A stretch of DNA of 64,000 nt, taken from contig NC_042999.1 in the NCBI RefSeq assembly GCF_006345805.1, positions 54,498,001-54,562,000 on the forward strand, given 5' to 3'. The notes under the pieces were generated by a model. The model had not been told where the DNA came from. It saw only the letters and a program-made list of their open reading frames with translations, and searched no databases. Below are positions 1-12,709 of this stretch, in pieces; position 1 is the first letter of the stretch; each line of letters begins with the position of its first letter. This DNA comes from Octopus sinensis. Its lineage: Eukaryota. Both the position numbers and the translations under genes were made by a program.

Positions 1-244
1 AACGAAAGACAAAGAATAGGGGTCGGGTAATACGGGTGCATTAGATGAACATTTAGAACAGTGTGATATGCAAGAAATAAGATCAAAGGAATTGATACTG
101 TAGCTGTTAATGATTTATATTCTTCGCTGGACACGACGCCAAGTAGCAAGACTAAAGAGGAAGACAAGAGAAATGAACGTTGCATGTAGAACCAGTCAAA
201 GAGTCACATGTAACATAGAGTTGCCATTAGTAGAGAATTTATAC

Positions 245-672
245 GGCATAACTATATATGGATGCGAGACCTGGACACTAAAGAAAGCTGACCGGAAGAG
301 AATTAATGCATTCGAGCTTTGGTGTTGGAGAAGACTTTTACGGATTCCATGGACAGCGAGGCTCACCAATGGAGGAGTTCTTAAGCAGATCAGGCCGAAA
401 ATGTCGCTAGAAGCTAGGATCACTAAGCATAGATTGGCATATTTTGGTCATACTATGCGGAGAAAATCCCCGGAGAAGGACATCATGCTCGGAATGGTCA
501 GTGGCAAGAGAGGAAGAGGCCGACCAGGAACCCGCTGGCTTGACACCATCAAGATTGATACCGGAATGGACATAGCCAATCTGAAAGAAGCGGCCCAGGA
601 TAGAACTGACTGGAGGACACTGATCCATCGAGTAACCGAGAGTCGACTTCGACTGAGCGGATAGATAGATAG
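245..672 (+). mobile_element. RTE-clade LINE, 5'-truncated 3' end (RT C-terminus) with (GATA)n tail
   Basis: ORF 110..664 contains YGCETWTLKKADRKRINAFELWCWRRLLRIPWT...GKRGRGRP...QDRTDWR, typical of the RTE/BovB-like C-terminus. The stop codon runs directly into gatagatagatag. Confidence 0.9.
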
Positions 673-769
673 AACTGGTAGGAAGAAATACCACACGGTA
701 TTTTTGCTGCCGTCCTTGCGATTCTAACATTATGCTGCCTTCCAGTGGTTTCATATTTTGTGACAAGGC

Positions 770-935
770 CAGCAAATTTAGGGCAGGTCTATAGTAGATC
801 ACATCCAGCCCAGTACTTGGCTGGCTATTTATTTACTCGGCGCTGAAAAAGTGAAAGTCTTCTTTTCGGTGTGATTTTGAATTCAAAACATGAAAAGCCA
901 GAATAAACGTTGCAGGGCATTTTCTCTGACGTTCT
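770..935 (-). mobile_element. Degenerate SINE family B copy
   Basis: Reverse complement resembles the 23411-23610 family (ttttgaattcaaa...actttca...ccgagtaaataaa...agtactggg...gatctact). Confidence 0.45.
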
Positions 936-1241
936 CTGACGCTTCTTCAAATAGACCACCATCTTTTTTTTGTTTTTTGTTTTGAACATTTAGTTTCGGT
1001 ATTCTTTATGTTTGTATTGTGTATATAATACACACACACACAGACGCATGCGCACAAACACACACACGCTCCTATATACGTCAGACAATGAATAATATGT
1101 TATTTTTAAGCGAGGCTGTTTGATTCGTTGAATAAATGTCTATTATATTAGTTGTGGTGTACTTTGCTGCGTTTGTCTTTTGGTTGTATGCCCAAATATA
1201 CATGCATACCATATATACACCACACACACATATATATATTA

Positions 1242-1282
<41 letters not shown>

Positions 1283-1320
1283 GCTATACATACATATATA
1301 TATGCATATATATAATATAC

Positions 1321-1361
<41 letters not shown>

Positions 1362-2229
1362 TATATTATAATGTGTGGGTGTGTGTGTGTGTGTTGTGTT
1401 TGTGTGTGTGTGTGTATGTATATAATATATAATACACACACATATTCCACTTACAAACTTGCATTTACATACATACTATACAATCTTGTAAATAGATGGC
1501 TAGTAACGTATGTATATTTAGGTGAGTGTTGTTTTGCGTGTGTTAGAGAATGTATAAACGTGTGCGGTGTAGACGTAGCGTTCATTTTTAGATTCTTCGT
1601 TTGAGGAATTAACATCAAATTATCTGTATACATTTCGTCTGCACAATATTTTTTTTTCTTTTGGAATGATGAGTTGGTTTTAGAATCTGGTTTTATTCTT
1701 TTAATATTCCTAGGATGAAATTTTCTATTTGCGATAGCTTTTCATTTTTCCCCCTTTCTTTTTTTTTTTTTGTATTATCTAAGCACATGGAAAGAACATG
1801 CTTTATTAAACGAATAACCAATGGATTTACGTAGAACAGACACCTCAAGATGTATCGGTAAATAGTCGAGAATTGCATTAGTGTATTACTTTACGTACAA
1901 CCAAGAACAGAAGGGATTTTGCCGCTGATAAACTCATTAGAATTCACAAAAAAATAAAAGCCAATGGGAGGCGCAGTGGGAGATTTCTATTACTGTTCCT
2001 TACATCAGCCATTAGACCCGACATCTGACACCTCATCAACGCTTTCTTCGCCATTTCAACAGTTTATATACTCTCAAACATGCAAACATATACATACGGC
2101 AAAACATGTGTTTTTATGTATATGAATGTATACATATGTGTTTACGTATAAGTGTCTGTATGTGTTCATGTGTGTGCCTGCGGGTAGAGTGTATATTCAT
2201 ATGTATAATATATATATATATATATATAT

Positions 2230-2410
2230 GTTCAGCAAAATTCAGATTTAGATGAATATGGTACTTAAGTTAAAGGCACCAGAATTTGGTATGGTGTTAT
2301 CCATATAAATCAAATGGGGTGATTATAATCAAAATAAGCAACAAGGATACCCAAGGTATCCTTGGGTATACTTGTTGGATATCTTGGGTACCCTTGTTGC
2401 ATATTTTGGG
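2230..2410. repeat. (TA)n-embedded small element ending in a palindrome; same family as 9420-9518 (reverse) and 39838-39940
   Basis: Shared aaattcagatttagatgaatatggtactt...gattataatcaaaataagcaacaag, followed by inverted copies (ggatacccaagg/ccttgggtatac, cttgttgcatattttg). Confidence 0.75.
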
Positions 2411-2867
2411 TATATAAATATATATATATATATGTACTTGTATGTATGTATGCATGTATGTATGTATGTATATATGTATGCATGTATGTATGTATGTATG
2501 TATGTATGTATGTATGTATATTTATGTATGTATGTATTTATGTATATATGTATGTATGTATACTTATGCATGTGTGTCTGTAGTGTAAGAAATATATTAG
2601 CCAGTCATTTGGTGCAATGCAGGGAAATATTCTAAATTTAAATCAATCAGATTTTATTCACATGTATCATATCCTACATGTGTCTCCATGTAATCGTGCT
2701 ACGGCGCCTTTTTTTCTGCCTACGAAGAGATAAAATCTGTGGTGTAACTACTTTTCTTACACCTCACAGTCAGACTAAATTGTATGTTTATTAATTAGAT
2801 GCACCTTACATTTGAGTGGTATACATACACGTGTGTGTGTGTGCGTGTGTGCGTGTGTGTGCGTGTG

Positions 2868-2927
<60 letters not shown>

Positions 2928-3384
2928 CGTGCGTGTAGATGCGCTGAATGAGTGACGATTTTCCATAAAAATTAAGGCTGAAGTTTGTCTTACTCTACAC
3001 AATGCAGTCTTTGAAGGTTCAATACGGAATCGGGCTTTGAGCTCAATAAAGTTGAAATGAATTCAGTAAGGGCATCTGATGAAAGGATCTGTAAGCGATT
3101 TGGAATGGTTATTGGTTATTTAAACGGAGTGAAAGTCAGAAATATTCCTCACTCGTTTCCAGTTGTTTTATGATCGTTCATTTCCACCATATGCGCGGGT
3201 GTGTGCACGCGTGCGTGTGTGCCTGCGTGTGTGTGTGTGTGCATGCGTGTGTGTATGTGCGTGCGCGCGTCTGTTTGTGAGCATGCGTGTGTCTTTGTGC
3301 GTTTGCGAAGTGTGTGTGCAGATGTGCGTTTGTGTGCATGCGTGTGCATATGCGTGTGTGTTGTGTATGTGTGTGTTATGGGTA

Positions 3385-3495
3385 TCGCGAAAGGCCTGGT
3401 TGGAGACCCAACCTTCCGAATTCTTTTTTACAGGGCTTAGAAAATCTGAAGGACGACTACAATAAGTGTCTGAGAGAGGAATATGTTTAATAAAA
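3385..3495 (+). mobile_element. Mariner transposase C-terminal relic
   Basis: AWLETQPSEFF then, after a frameshift, QGLENLKDDYNKCLREEYV; resembles the mariner C-terminus. Confidence 0.55.
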
Positions 3496-3719
3496 CATAT
3501 TCCCTTTCCTACAGGAAGCCTAATGAGGAAACGACGTAATATATCCACAAAAACTTGAATCACCCCCATCCCCGCTGTAAGTAGAAACCTTGTTCGGCCA
3601 ACAGGGGTTTTTTTAATAGGGCTTCCCCCACCCACTACAACGATGCTCTCGCTAGGAGCGAGTTCATAGAGCTCACTATGTGAAGGACCTCCAAAACCCC
3701 TCCCCACACCCCAAGTGGA

Positions 3720-4300
3720 TTAGGAAGAGAAAAAGTATCTGGTTCAATCTCTCGTTCAACCTTGAAGTTTCTACCAACGTTGCTAGGAACTTCCTGTAGT
3801 TAATTAAGAAGCATTTCCCTAGAGGCTATAAGTATAACAAGTTCTTTAACCCTCACAATGTCAAGGTGACCTACGCCTGCTTAGACAACATCGCAGCTAA
3901 TATTGCACGCATCAACAGACGCAAAAATGCACACACACAACTACCAACCTGCAACTTCCGAAACCCTACCATCTGCCCTCAAGGAGGATCCTGCCTCTCT
4001 AGGACGATAGTCTACAGAGCAACACTCATACTATCCAATGGCACCACTAAGGACTATATGGGTATGACAGCCAATGAATTCAAGGGAAGATACTCACATC
4101 ACATGCACTCACTCAGATGCAGGGACAGAAAGAACTCTACTTCCTTGTCTTGCTTTCTCTGGAGACTCCGTGACCTCCGAAACGAACCACCTAGCATCAA
4201 GTGCACTATCATCGACAGGGTGCCATCACATTTACCCGGCGCCTATAATTACTAGTTCTGCTTCCGTGAAAGACTGCATATCCCCCACCAACTCACATTA
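3720..4300 (+). mobile_element. Penelope-like element fragment: linker plus GIY-YIG endonuclease (decayed)
   Basis: RKRKSIWFNLSFNLEVSTNVARNFL*LIKKHFPRG...VKVTYACLDN, Zn-linker CNFRNPTICPQGGSCL, then IVYRAT...DYMGMTANEFKGRYSHH...STSLS: PLE EN signature with in-frame stops. Confidence 0.85.
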
Positions 4301-5261
4301 TCCATCAACAGGAAATATGGTCAGTTCTATTACTGTCACCCTTCTGGCAAATTTCAAGCAAATGGCCGCCGACAACTCGGATTTAACACCTTAGTACCAG
4401 TTGTTCCCCTGTATTGGCTGCTGCAAGGTCACAGCCGTCAACCCCCATGAACAGGGCCGATAACCACCAACCCCTATCGCCGGTGTATTCCTGTCCACCG
4501 ACAAATCCACACTCCTTGTATATGTTCACCCACACCAGTATACATTTACACCCGCACGCACGTGTGCACGTGCGCATACGCATGTACGCAAACATATATA
4601 TACACACACATACACACACACGCTTACATACAAATACAGACACACAGACATATATGCGTCGCGCTCGCACATCCGTATAAACAAATACATACACACACAC
4701 ACACATACGCACGGACGTATACACACACACGTCCGTATTCGCTCGTAGGCATGTATCTACATAATTTCATACATACATGCACAATCATACACACACGCAT
4801 ACACACACTCATGCATATATACGTACGTACTCGCACATCTGCACAAACATATACATGCACACACATACACATACGCACGCAGGCATACACGCACACATCT
4901 GCATGCGCGCACGCATATATCCACACAGTCTTATACATACATGCATGCATACACCCACGCACTCACATACGTGCACGTATACGTGCATACAAGTTCATAT
5001 GCTTACTCTCTTATCTATAGACCCAGTCGCACCACCCATCCCATTTCCTCTTCAACCACGCTGTCTATTTCCTGTTCACCTCGCGGCCTTTTTTCCAAGA
5101 AACTGTTGTTACTGTACTACCAGCATTAAAACTGTGACATCACATGACCTTCCTTGACCAATAGCCGGTAGCTATCTTGGACTTTTCTATACCTCTGTTT
5201 TCATTCGAATTTCCACTGGACTTTAAGTAGCACGGAATTTGAATCAAACTATTCCGGTCCA

Positions 5262-5455
5262 TATATATGAATGCTCGATATGAGGAGTAGATAGATAGAC
5301 GACAACTGATGAAGGGTCCTTTCTCTGTGTTCACTTGAGCTGTTTTCCAGGTTTTTTTCTCGTTGTTTACGTATTTCACTCGTTTTTCCCTCATTTGTTT
5401 ACGTATTTCATGTTATTTGCACCGTTGGTGACGTCCTATATGCACATATATGTTA
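5262..5455 (+). repeat. TA-associated small element (family of 52640-52782; related to 48255-49140)
   Basis: ctgatgaagggtcctttctctgtgtt...ttatttgcaccgttggtgacgtcct matches the reverse complement of 52640-52782. Confidence 0.7.
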
Positions 5456-6174
5456 GGGGGCAAGGTATTTCTATCGAATCAACTCGCCAGTCAACTGAAA
5501 GGAATAAAGGCTGAAAGCCTTGACACACCAAACATCCAAACGCTTTAAACTTGCCATATGAACCTAACATCAAACGTCCTCCGCAGTCGTTACAACTGGC
5601 CTTACTCGCTCAAAATAATTCCTGTGATTCTAGAATATAAACAGAGAAACTCTGGCATTTTTCTTTTTTTAATAACTTCCTTTACAGGACGACCGAAGCA
5701 TTGAGCTCAATCAATTCTTTCATTTCCAGAAATTTCCAAATATATTCCAACCGCTAACTTTGAAATCTAACACACCTATGAAATGAATCAGTCCATTTGT
5801 CCATTTTCTCTCTTCAAGTGGGGGAGGTTATTGCTCGGTCATTAATAGATAATACGTTTCCATTATCTTTGACCTACAACTTTGAAGTAGATCAGCTTAA
5901 TTACAGTGTATGGGACCCACTGAAGCGGTTTTAGTGTAGATAGATTATTTAAAGCAAACATTTATCTAGAAACTCTTCTGTTATTTTGACATTTGCCAAA
6001 ATGTCAATATAATCATCGACAAATATTCAGGGCTTAAAATAATGGTGGCTGTCCGTAATTTCACATTAACACGGAAATCACTTACATTTGTCATGGTGAC
6101 ATTGAATAAATATGTATATATACACAGACATATACAAACATATACAGATATATAAACACACGCACAGACACATA

Positions 6175-6340
6175 TATTCTTTTATTTGGTTCAGTCATTT
6201 GACTGCGACCATGCTGGAGCACTGCCTTTAGTCGAATGAATCAACCCCATGACTTATTATTTGTATGCCTAGTACTTATTCTCTCGGGCTCTTTTGCCGA
6301 ACTGTCAAGCAAGGGAGCGGGGACAAACACAGACACACAA
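6175..6340 (-). mobile_element. SINE family A, 3' portion
   Basis: ttcagtcatttgactgcgaccatgctggagcactgcctttagtcga matches the 3' end of the reference copy 41388-41788. Confidence 0.85.
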
Positions 6341-6362
6341 ATATATATATATATATATATAT

Positions 6363-6399
<37 letters not shown>

Positions 6400-6404
6400 A
6401 TATA

Positions 6405-6458
<54 letters not shown>

Positions 6459-6682
6459 GTATGTATGTATATCTATACTAGTATTATAAGCCGATTTCAT
6501 TCGGTGTACTCGGACCACATATTAAAGATGAGGAATTTTGCCCTAGAGGCCACGCATTTCAATTGAGCAAAGTTCCCCACCAATTTTAACAAAGGTGTGC
6601 AAATTTTCATGTCAATCCGACCACATTTACTAACACTTTTGCCTGCACAACTGTTTGTGAAGCAACGTCTGCCCTTTTCACA

Positions 6683-6723
<41 letters not shown>

Positions 6724-6789
6724 CACACACACACAACACACACACACACACACGCGCGTGCGCTCGCGCACGCACACATAAATAAAACG

Positions 6790-7071
6790 GGATTCTTTCA
6801 GTCCCTCTACCAAATCCACTCACAAAGCTTTGTTCAATGCACCACACAGTGGAACTGAACCCGGAACCATGTGGTTGGGAAGCAAGCTACATACCACACA
6901 GCCACTCCTGTGCCTATATGTGTATAACAGGCGCAGGAGTGTCTGTGTAGTAAGAAGCTTGCTTCTCAACCACATGGCTCTGGGTTCAGTCCCGCTGCGT
7001 ACCACCTTTGGCAAGTGTCTTCTACTATAGCCTCGGTCCGACCTTGGTAGATGGACTGAAAGAAGCCCATC

Positions 7072-7072
<1 letters not shown>
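6790..7072. mobile_element. Two SINE family A 5' halves in head-to-head orientation (6790-6913 minus; 6930-7072 plus)
   Basis: tRNA-like head ggcgcaggagtg...tagtaagaagcttgc...gggttcagtccc on both strands, about 16 bp apart. Confidence 0.85.
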
Positions 7073-7102
<30 letters not shown>

Positions 7103-7118
7103 AAGGAAGAGATATAGA

Positions 7119-7235
<117 letters not shown>

Positions 7236-7566
7236 GAATAACGTCACAGTATGTCTTTGTTCTGATGTTTTCCGTTTAGTTAGCAAATCAATGTAAATTT
7301 GTCCAATTCTGGTTTTCCATGCATTGCAAATATATTGGGTAAATTTTGTGTGTATATTTAGGAAAGATCCGTTGATGTAACCATGATGTGCTGGTGATCT
7401 GATGGTCTGATCTCTTTATTTGCATATATGTAAAAGTTTGCACACTGAAATTAATACTACATGAAGGTTGCGAAACGGCCGTAATCATTGGTAAGCCATA
7501 TGGATTGATAAAGCTATATTCACTTGTCACACCTCCGAGGTTTAATTACATATATAAGTGTGGTCC

Positions 7567-7641
<75 letters not shown>

Positions 7642-7935
7642 GTGTGTGGTCCAGTTTCCCGTCTTCTCTGCATTCGTCTAACTTTTTCTCCTTGTTGTGT
7701 TCTGTCTGTTCAACCCCTGATACACCCATGTAGTGCAACGCACATCCCGTTTGTTTACTATATATATATATATATATAGTACTGGGATATCATTTATGTA
7801 TATTCTAGTATATATAATTAATTATCTGTAACCTTATGTGTATGTATATTTTTATATATATATATATGTATATATATATACACTTATGTATTTTGTTTCA
7901 TATTTATATTTACATTTTTATAATTGTACTTTATA

Positions 7936-8061
7936 ATCTCTGACGAGGCCTTCAGATATATATATAAGTAAATCATTTTTAACTGCATATTACCTCAATA
8001 CATCTGACTAATATAGGCAGAATGATATACTTTTATCTATTGGTTGAAACAGCTGTAAGGA
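7936..8061 (+). ncRNA. Minimal hammerhead motif with about 95-nt insert in stem II
   Basis: tct-CTGACGA-ggcc...ggtt-GAAA-CAGCTG-TA-agg; palindromic stem III. Confidence 0.55.
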
Positions 8062-8204
8062 CCGTTTTATGTGTATTATTCTTATGGTATTATTATCTTG
8101 CATATTGATGTATATTGTTTTGTTCGATTTGAATGTTTCTATTAATATAGAAAGTTGATGATTGAAATGAATTTGTTCCTCCATTTTCTTATTTGTATTA
8201 TATA

Positions 8205-8295
8205 TATATGGAGAGATACTGAGCTTAATGGGCCGAAATCTTGTCGAAGCAAACGCTTAGCTGATGATTGCAGCCGGACGAGAAATAGAGCAGTC
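8205..8295 (+). repeat. Inverted copy of the 3' UTR of the adjacent HERO-like LINE
   Basis: gatactgagcttaatgggcc...gctgatgattgcagccggacgagaaat is the reverse complement of 8426-8510. Confidence 0.85.
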
Positions 8296-8338
8296 GGTGT
8301 TTTTCTTTTCTCCCCCCCTCTCTCGCTATCTCTCTCTC

Positions 8339-8425
<87 letters not shown>

Positions 8426-8427
<2 letters not shown>

Positions 8428-9040
8428 TCCATTTCTCGTCCGGCTGCAATCATCAGCTAAGCGTTTGCTTTGACAAGATTTAGGCCCATTAAGCTCAGTA
8501 TCTTTCCACACGGTGGTCCCGCAACAGCTGGACGTATTGCGTTGCAACCGGACTCATGCCAGTTCTGTGGTATTATACGCTTTCACAAACCTCCTGGTAA
8601 TCCAAGCACTTCCTTCAACTGCTTTCTCACCACATTCCTTGATGGTCTTCCTCACAGCAGATACAGCAGCCACCTTCAGAAACCTTCTGAGAGAGGCTGC
8701 TGGGAAATCACTGCAGCGAACCTCGAACGCAACCAGCTCACAGATGCAACCCTTCTCCCGAATCTCAGCTACCAACTCTTCATAGCCCAACAGCTTCCGC
8801 TCATGGGCTTCAGCAATGCTCTCCTCTCATAGCACAGTCAGCTCCCCAAGGACCACGCATCTCTGACCCTCATCTACCAAAACCAAGTCGGGCCGGAATG
8901 CTGACACCACGACGCTTTCAGGCAATGGCTTGTCCACGAACACCTCTCATTTTCTGTCTTCATCCTGCCGAGGTTTCTGTCCCTTTGGCATCACACCTTG
9001 CTTCACAAATGCTGTCTTGCTCAAGCTCAGTTCAGGCACT
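8426..9040 (-). mobile_element. HERO-like (RLE-type) non-LTR retrotransposon 3' fragment
   Basis: Minus strand FRPDLVLVDEGQRCVVLGELTVL*EESIAEAHERKLLGYEELVAEIREKG...FEVRCSDFPAASL: PD-(D/E)xK restriction-like endonuclease with the ELTV.WEE/AHERK pattern of HERO elements. Confidence 0.75.
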
Positions 9041-9059
9041 TGACCCTCTCTTGCAAAAA

Positions 9060-9518
9060 ACAACAGGATATCCAGAGGTGATGCAGTACGACTGTTTCAA
9101 GTGGCTCTACTTAATTGAACAATGCAATCATTACATCAATTTAAATACAGTGCTATCCTCAGCTGCATAAAATAAATAAATAATTAAATAGAATTTTAGT
9201 AGTATATTCTTAGCTACATTAGTGGCAACATGGATTCCTTCCATCTTCTTGCTCTACTAGAGTATTTAAGTTTAATTATATTAATGTGTCTGACAGATTA
9301 AAAATTATATTTATTTCTTTATGCACCTGAGGATATTTAAATTAATGTAATGATTGCATTGTTTAATTAAATGGGGTCGCTTGAAACGGTCGTATTGCAT
9401 CATTTCTTGATATCCTGTTGCTTATTTTGATTTTATTCACCTTACTTCGAGCTGTGCAAAAAATACCGGACCGACTTGGTACTTCAACTTAAGTACCTAA
9501 TTCAGCTGGATCTGAATT
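9060..9518. mobile_element. Fold-back element with a hammerhead motif in each arm (9081-9168 minus; 9321-9400 plus)
   Basis: Minus: atgcag-CTGAGGA-[~57 nt]-GAAA-CAGTCG-TA-ctgcat (perfect 6-bp stem I). Plus: atgcac-CTGAGGA-...-GAAA-CGGTCG-TA-ttgcat. Arms about 9060-9185 and 9305-9421. Confidence 0.75.
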
Positions 9519-10736
9519 ATGTGTGTGTGTGTGTGTGTGTGTGTGTGAGTGTGTGTGTATGTGTGTGAGTGCGTTTGTTAATATAAGACTTTGGATTAAC
9601 AAATCTGTTAGAGGGTCGGGAAAGGCATCCTCTGGTATATACATATGTATGTATAAAGAAAAGAAAAATTAAGCGTGATCGACAGATAAAGCATTCAGAA
9701 CAATACTTTGGCCAGACGAGATCTCCCTGTTGAGTGACCAAAATATCAGGTTTTCAGTGGACTTAGCTACACTGGAGACATATTGAAGAGCATTATCGAG
9801 AGAGAGAGAGAGAGAGAGAAGGGGTGGGGAGGGGGAGGAAGGTAGAGGAGGAGGAGGGGAGGAGGATAGAGGAGAATGATGGGAGGAGGAGGAGGAGGAG
9901 GAGGAGGACATGAAATGAGTGTAGATGTGAATGAGCGAATGCGTATGAAAATGTGAAAGAGATTTTGTCGTTTACCAAAATGTGCGGAAGTGAACAAATC
10001 AATGATTAAAAAATGTAAATGATGGGGGAGAAAGTATGATGAAAAGAGTAGCAACGATAATAGGAGAAAGAGAGAGAGAGGAGGAGGGAGGGAGTAAATG
10101 AGCTGTAGTGATTATGAGGGCGACTTCGTTTGTGTTTATAAAAGTGAGTTTGGGAGAATATTTTTGAGTGAATGCGGGAATAAGTGAACGCAGAGATGAG
10201 CGAGTGTCGGCTATAGAATGAACGCTAGTGCAATCGAAAGGTGGAGAAAAAAAAATAGAATAACAATGGCAAATAGATTCCAATTAAATCTCACTTGGTT
10301 ATCTGTCTGGCAGTAAGTAAAAACCAAATCATAAACTCTATATTTCTAGCATCTAACACCCACCAGAATTTCAAATCTGGCCTCGATGCTTCACCATTCC
10401 AGTCTCGCAGCAACCACTCCTTTCTTTGTTAGATCCGATAACATTTAACGTGTTTCGCACATTTTCCTGTTCCGCTTCAAGAATCGGATCGAGTTTGGAA
10501 AAAAAAACAAAATTCAAATAAAACTAGAAATATTCTGTTACAAATTGGCATTTAAAGTGATTTATTTGTTTTGTTGCACCGCTTTGCTTTAAAAGTAAAC
10601 CATCCGGTCTATCTTGGTTCCTTAGTAAAAATCCAATTTATAATAAATATCAATTTCTTATAATAGGCTGCGTCTACAATGACCATAATAACAATAATAA
10701 TAATGATGATGATTTCATTTATCTTCCACATAGGCG

Positions 10737-10742
10737 ATAATG

Positions 10743-10820
<78 letters not shown>
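10737..10820. repeat. (TAA)n microsatellite (also 12090-12157 and 12661-12725)
   Basis: Direct reading. Confidence 0.95.
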
Positions 10821-11265
10821 GTGACTAGAAAATCCCTCGGATTTTCCCAATCCAAACAGATTAGGTGCTAGAGCATAACAGACAGGACCTAATGCTAGGG
10901 GAAAAAGTGCACCACATGTGCTATATAGTTGATGTTGCATGTCTCTTTGACCTGCAAATGGTCAAGAAGGAAGGCGAAAAATTAGATAAATACAATCCTC
11001 TTAAGTACGAAATATCCCGGCAATGGAAAATGAAGAAGGTGAAGATGGTGCCACTTAATGTTATGTCCTTGGAGACAATATCAGAAGGCATCAAGAGGTA
11101 TATAAAGGAAAATAGAATGAGCGCCCAGTAGAACTGTTACAAAAGTTTTGCCTCCTTAGCACGGCCAGAATAATCAGGAAAGTATGAGATAGCTGAAAAG
11201 AATGGATAGCATGGTACCGTAGGCTGCAGGTAGTAAGTCTGCTACGCATGCAAGACTTCAGGAGC
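10821..11265 (+). mobile_element. R4/Dong-like LINE 3' fragment 1 (RLE domain plus 3' UTR)
   Basis: LEHNRQDLMLGEK...CYIVDVACLFD...KEGEKLDKYNPLKYEISRQWKMKKVKMVP...LQKFCLLSTARIIRKV. Confidence 0.8.
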
Positions 11266-11267
11266 TC

Positions 11268-12090
11268 CAATGGACAATTTCAAAGAAATGATGAAGGTAA
11301 GACAGACACAGAAAAAAGTTGGCTGGATGACTAAGAGTGATTTAAAACAGAAAACGGAGGCTCTAATATGTGCTGCCCAAGAGCAAGCATTAAGAACCAA
11401 TTACATCAAATATAGAATAGACATCACATCAGAAAATGATAAGTGCAGAATTTGTGAAAAAGATAGTGAACCCGTATGGTATATTACCAGTCAATATATG
11501 CCACTAACCCAGAAAGAATATAAGAGACGTCATGGCAATATAGCAAGGATTGTCCATTGGACACTCTGCAACAAGTATGGACTTGACAGAGCAAAACAGC
11601 GGTAGGAACATAAACCTGAAGGCATCATCGAAAATGATAATGCAAAGATCGTATGGGATTTTATGATTCAGTGCGACCATGAGATAGAGAATAGGAAGAC
11701 AGACATAGTCTTAATTGAAAAAGAAAGCAAACAATCCTGGATCATAGATATAACATGCCCAGCTGACAACATGGTATGCGATAAAGAAGAAAGAAAAGTT
11801 GACAGATATGACAGGTTAGCTTGGGAAGTTAAGCAGTTGTGGTCGATGAAAAAGGTAGCAGTAGTACCAAAAATTGTCGGGGCCCTGGGAACAGTGAGAA
11901 AAAATCTCGAGAAGTACGTGGAACAAATAAGGGCTGCAATAACGGTGGAGCACTTGCAGAAAACAGCACTGTTTGGAACCGTTCGAATACTCCAGAAGGT
12001 GCTCGAAAAATAAGGGGTGTTACCTTAGTTCACTGGTAGTAAACAATTGACACTGTAGTACATTTCCAGTGTTAGTAGCTGTACAAAGGC
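11268..12090 (+). mobile_element. R4/Dong-like LINE 3' fragment 2 (CCHC-like region plus RLE)
   Basis: TEALICAAQEQALRTNY...DKCRICEK...EYKRRHGNIARIVHW; then KIVWDFMIQCDHEIENRKTDIVLIEK...IIDITCPAD...IVGALG...LQKTALFGTVRILQKVL; ends in (TAA)n. Confidence 0.9.
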
Positions 12091-12109
12091 AATAATAATA
12101 ATAATAATA

Positions 12110-12157
<48 letters not shown>

Positions 12158-12158
<1 letters not shown>

Positions 12159-12658
12159 CTTAACTGACTAGAAGTGCTTTCATGTACATTGTTTTGTCTT
12201 GGTATAAAAGATAGGCCACAGCAAATACTCTGCTCAATAACACAAATTTACTTGTCAGTTGCTTGACATTAACCAGTTGAGCATGTCCCTTGGTGGTTGA
12301 TGATATGTGCGTCTCTGATCACGAGCAGAAGTAATGGGTGGGGATATCAAGGCTATATGTTGAGAGGAATTCTTTGGAGTTTGGATAATTCACCTCTGAA
12401 GACATGGGTGTTTCGTTCAACATCCTTAAACAGCCCATATCCAGGGACCTTTTGAGCAGGATGGGCTACTCAACCTGAAGAAAATGCTGTTAGGTCGTGC
12501 GCTTTTTCTTTTGATATGAGATCATTATGTTGCGCGCATATGATAACGACGCATATGCTTGGTATACCCTTATCAAAAGGGTAGTCATGATGGGTAAACT
12601 GGGCTTCGTATATTTTACCCCAATGTCACTTTGATGGCATGTACTGCTCTCGCACTCA

Positions 12659-12660
<2 letters not shown>
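12158..12660 (+). mobile_element. Non-coding insert in (TAA)n, probably the 3' UTR of another TAA-targeting LINE
   Basis: About 500 bp of complex sequence bounded on both sides by pure (TAA)n; no ORF. Confidence 0.5.

Positions 12661-12709
<49 letters not shown>

Noticed and set aside
3070-3150. CTGATGA with a downstream GAAA as a possible hammerhead
   Set aside because: No convincing stem I, II or III pairing.
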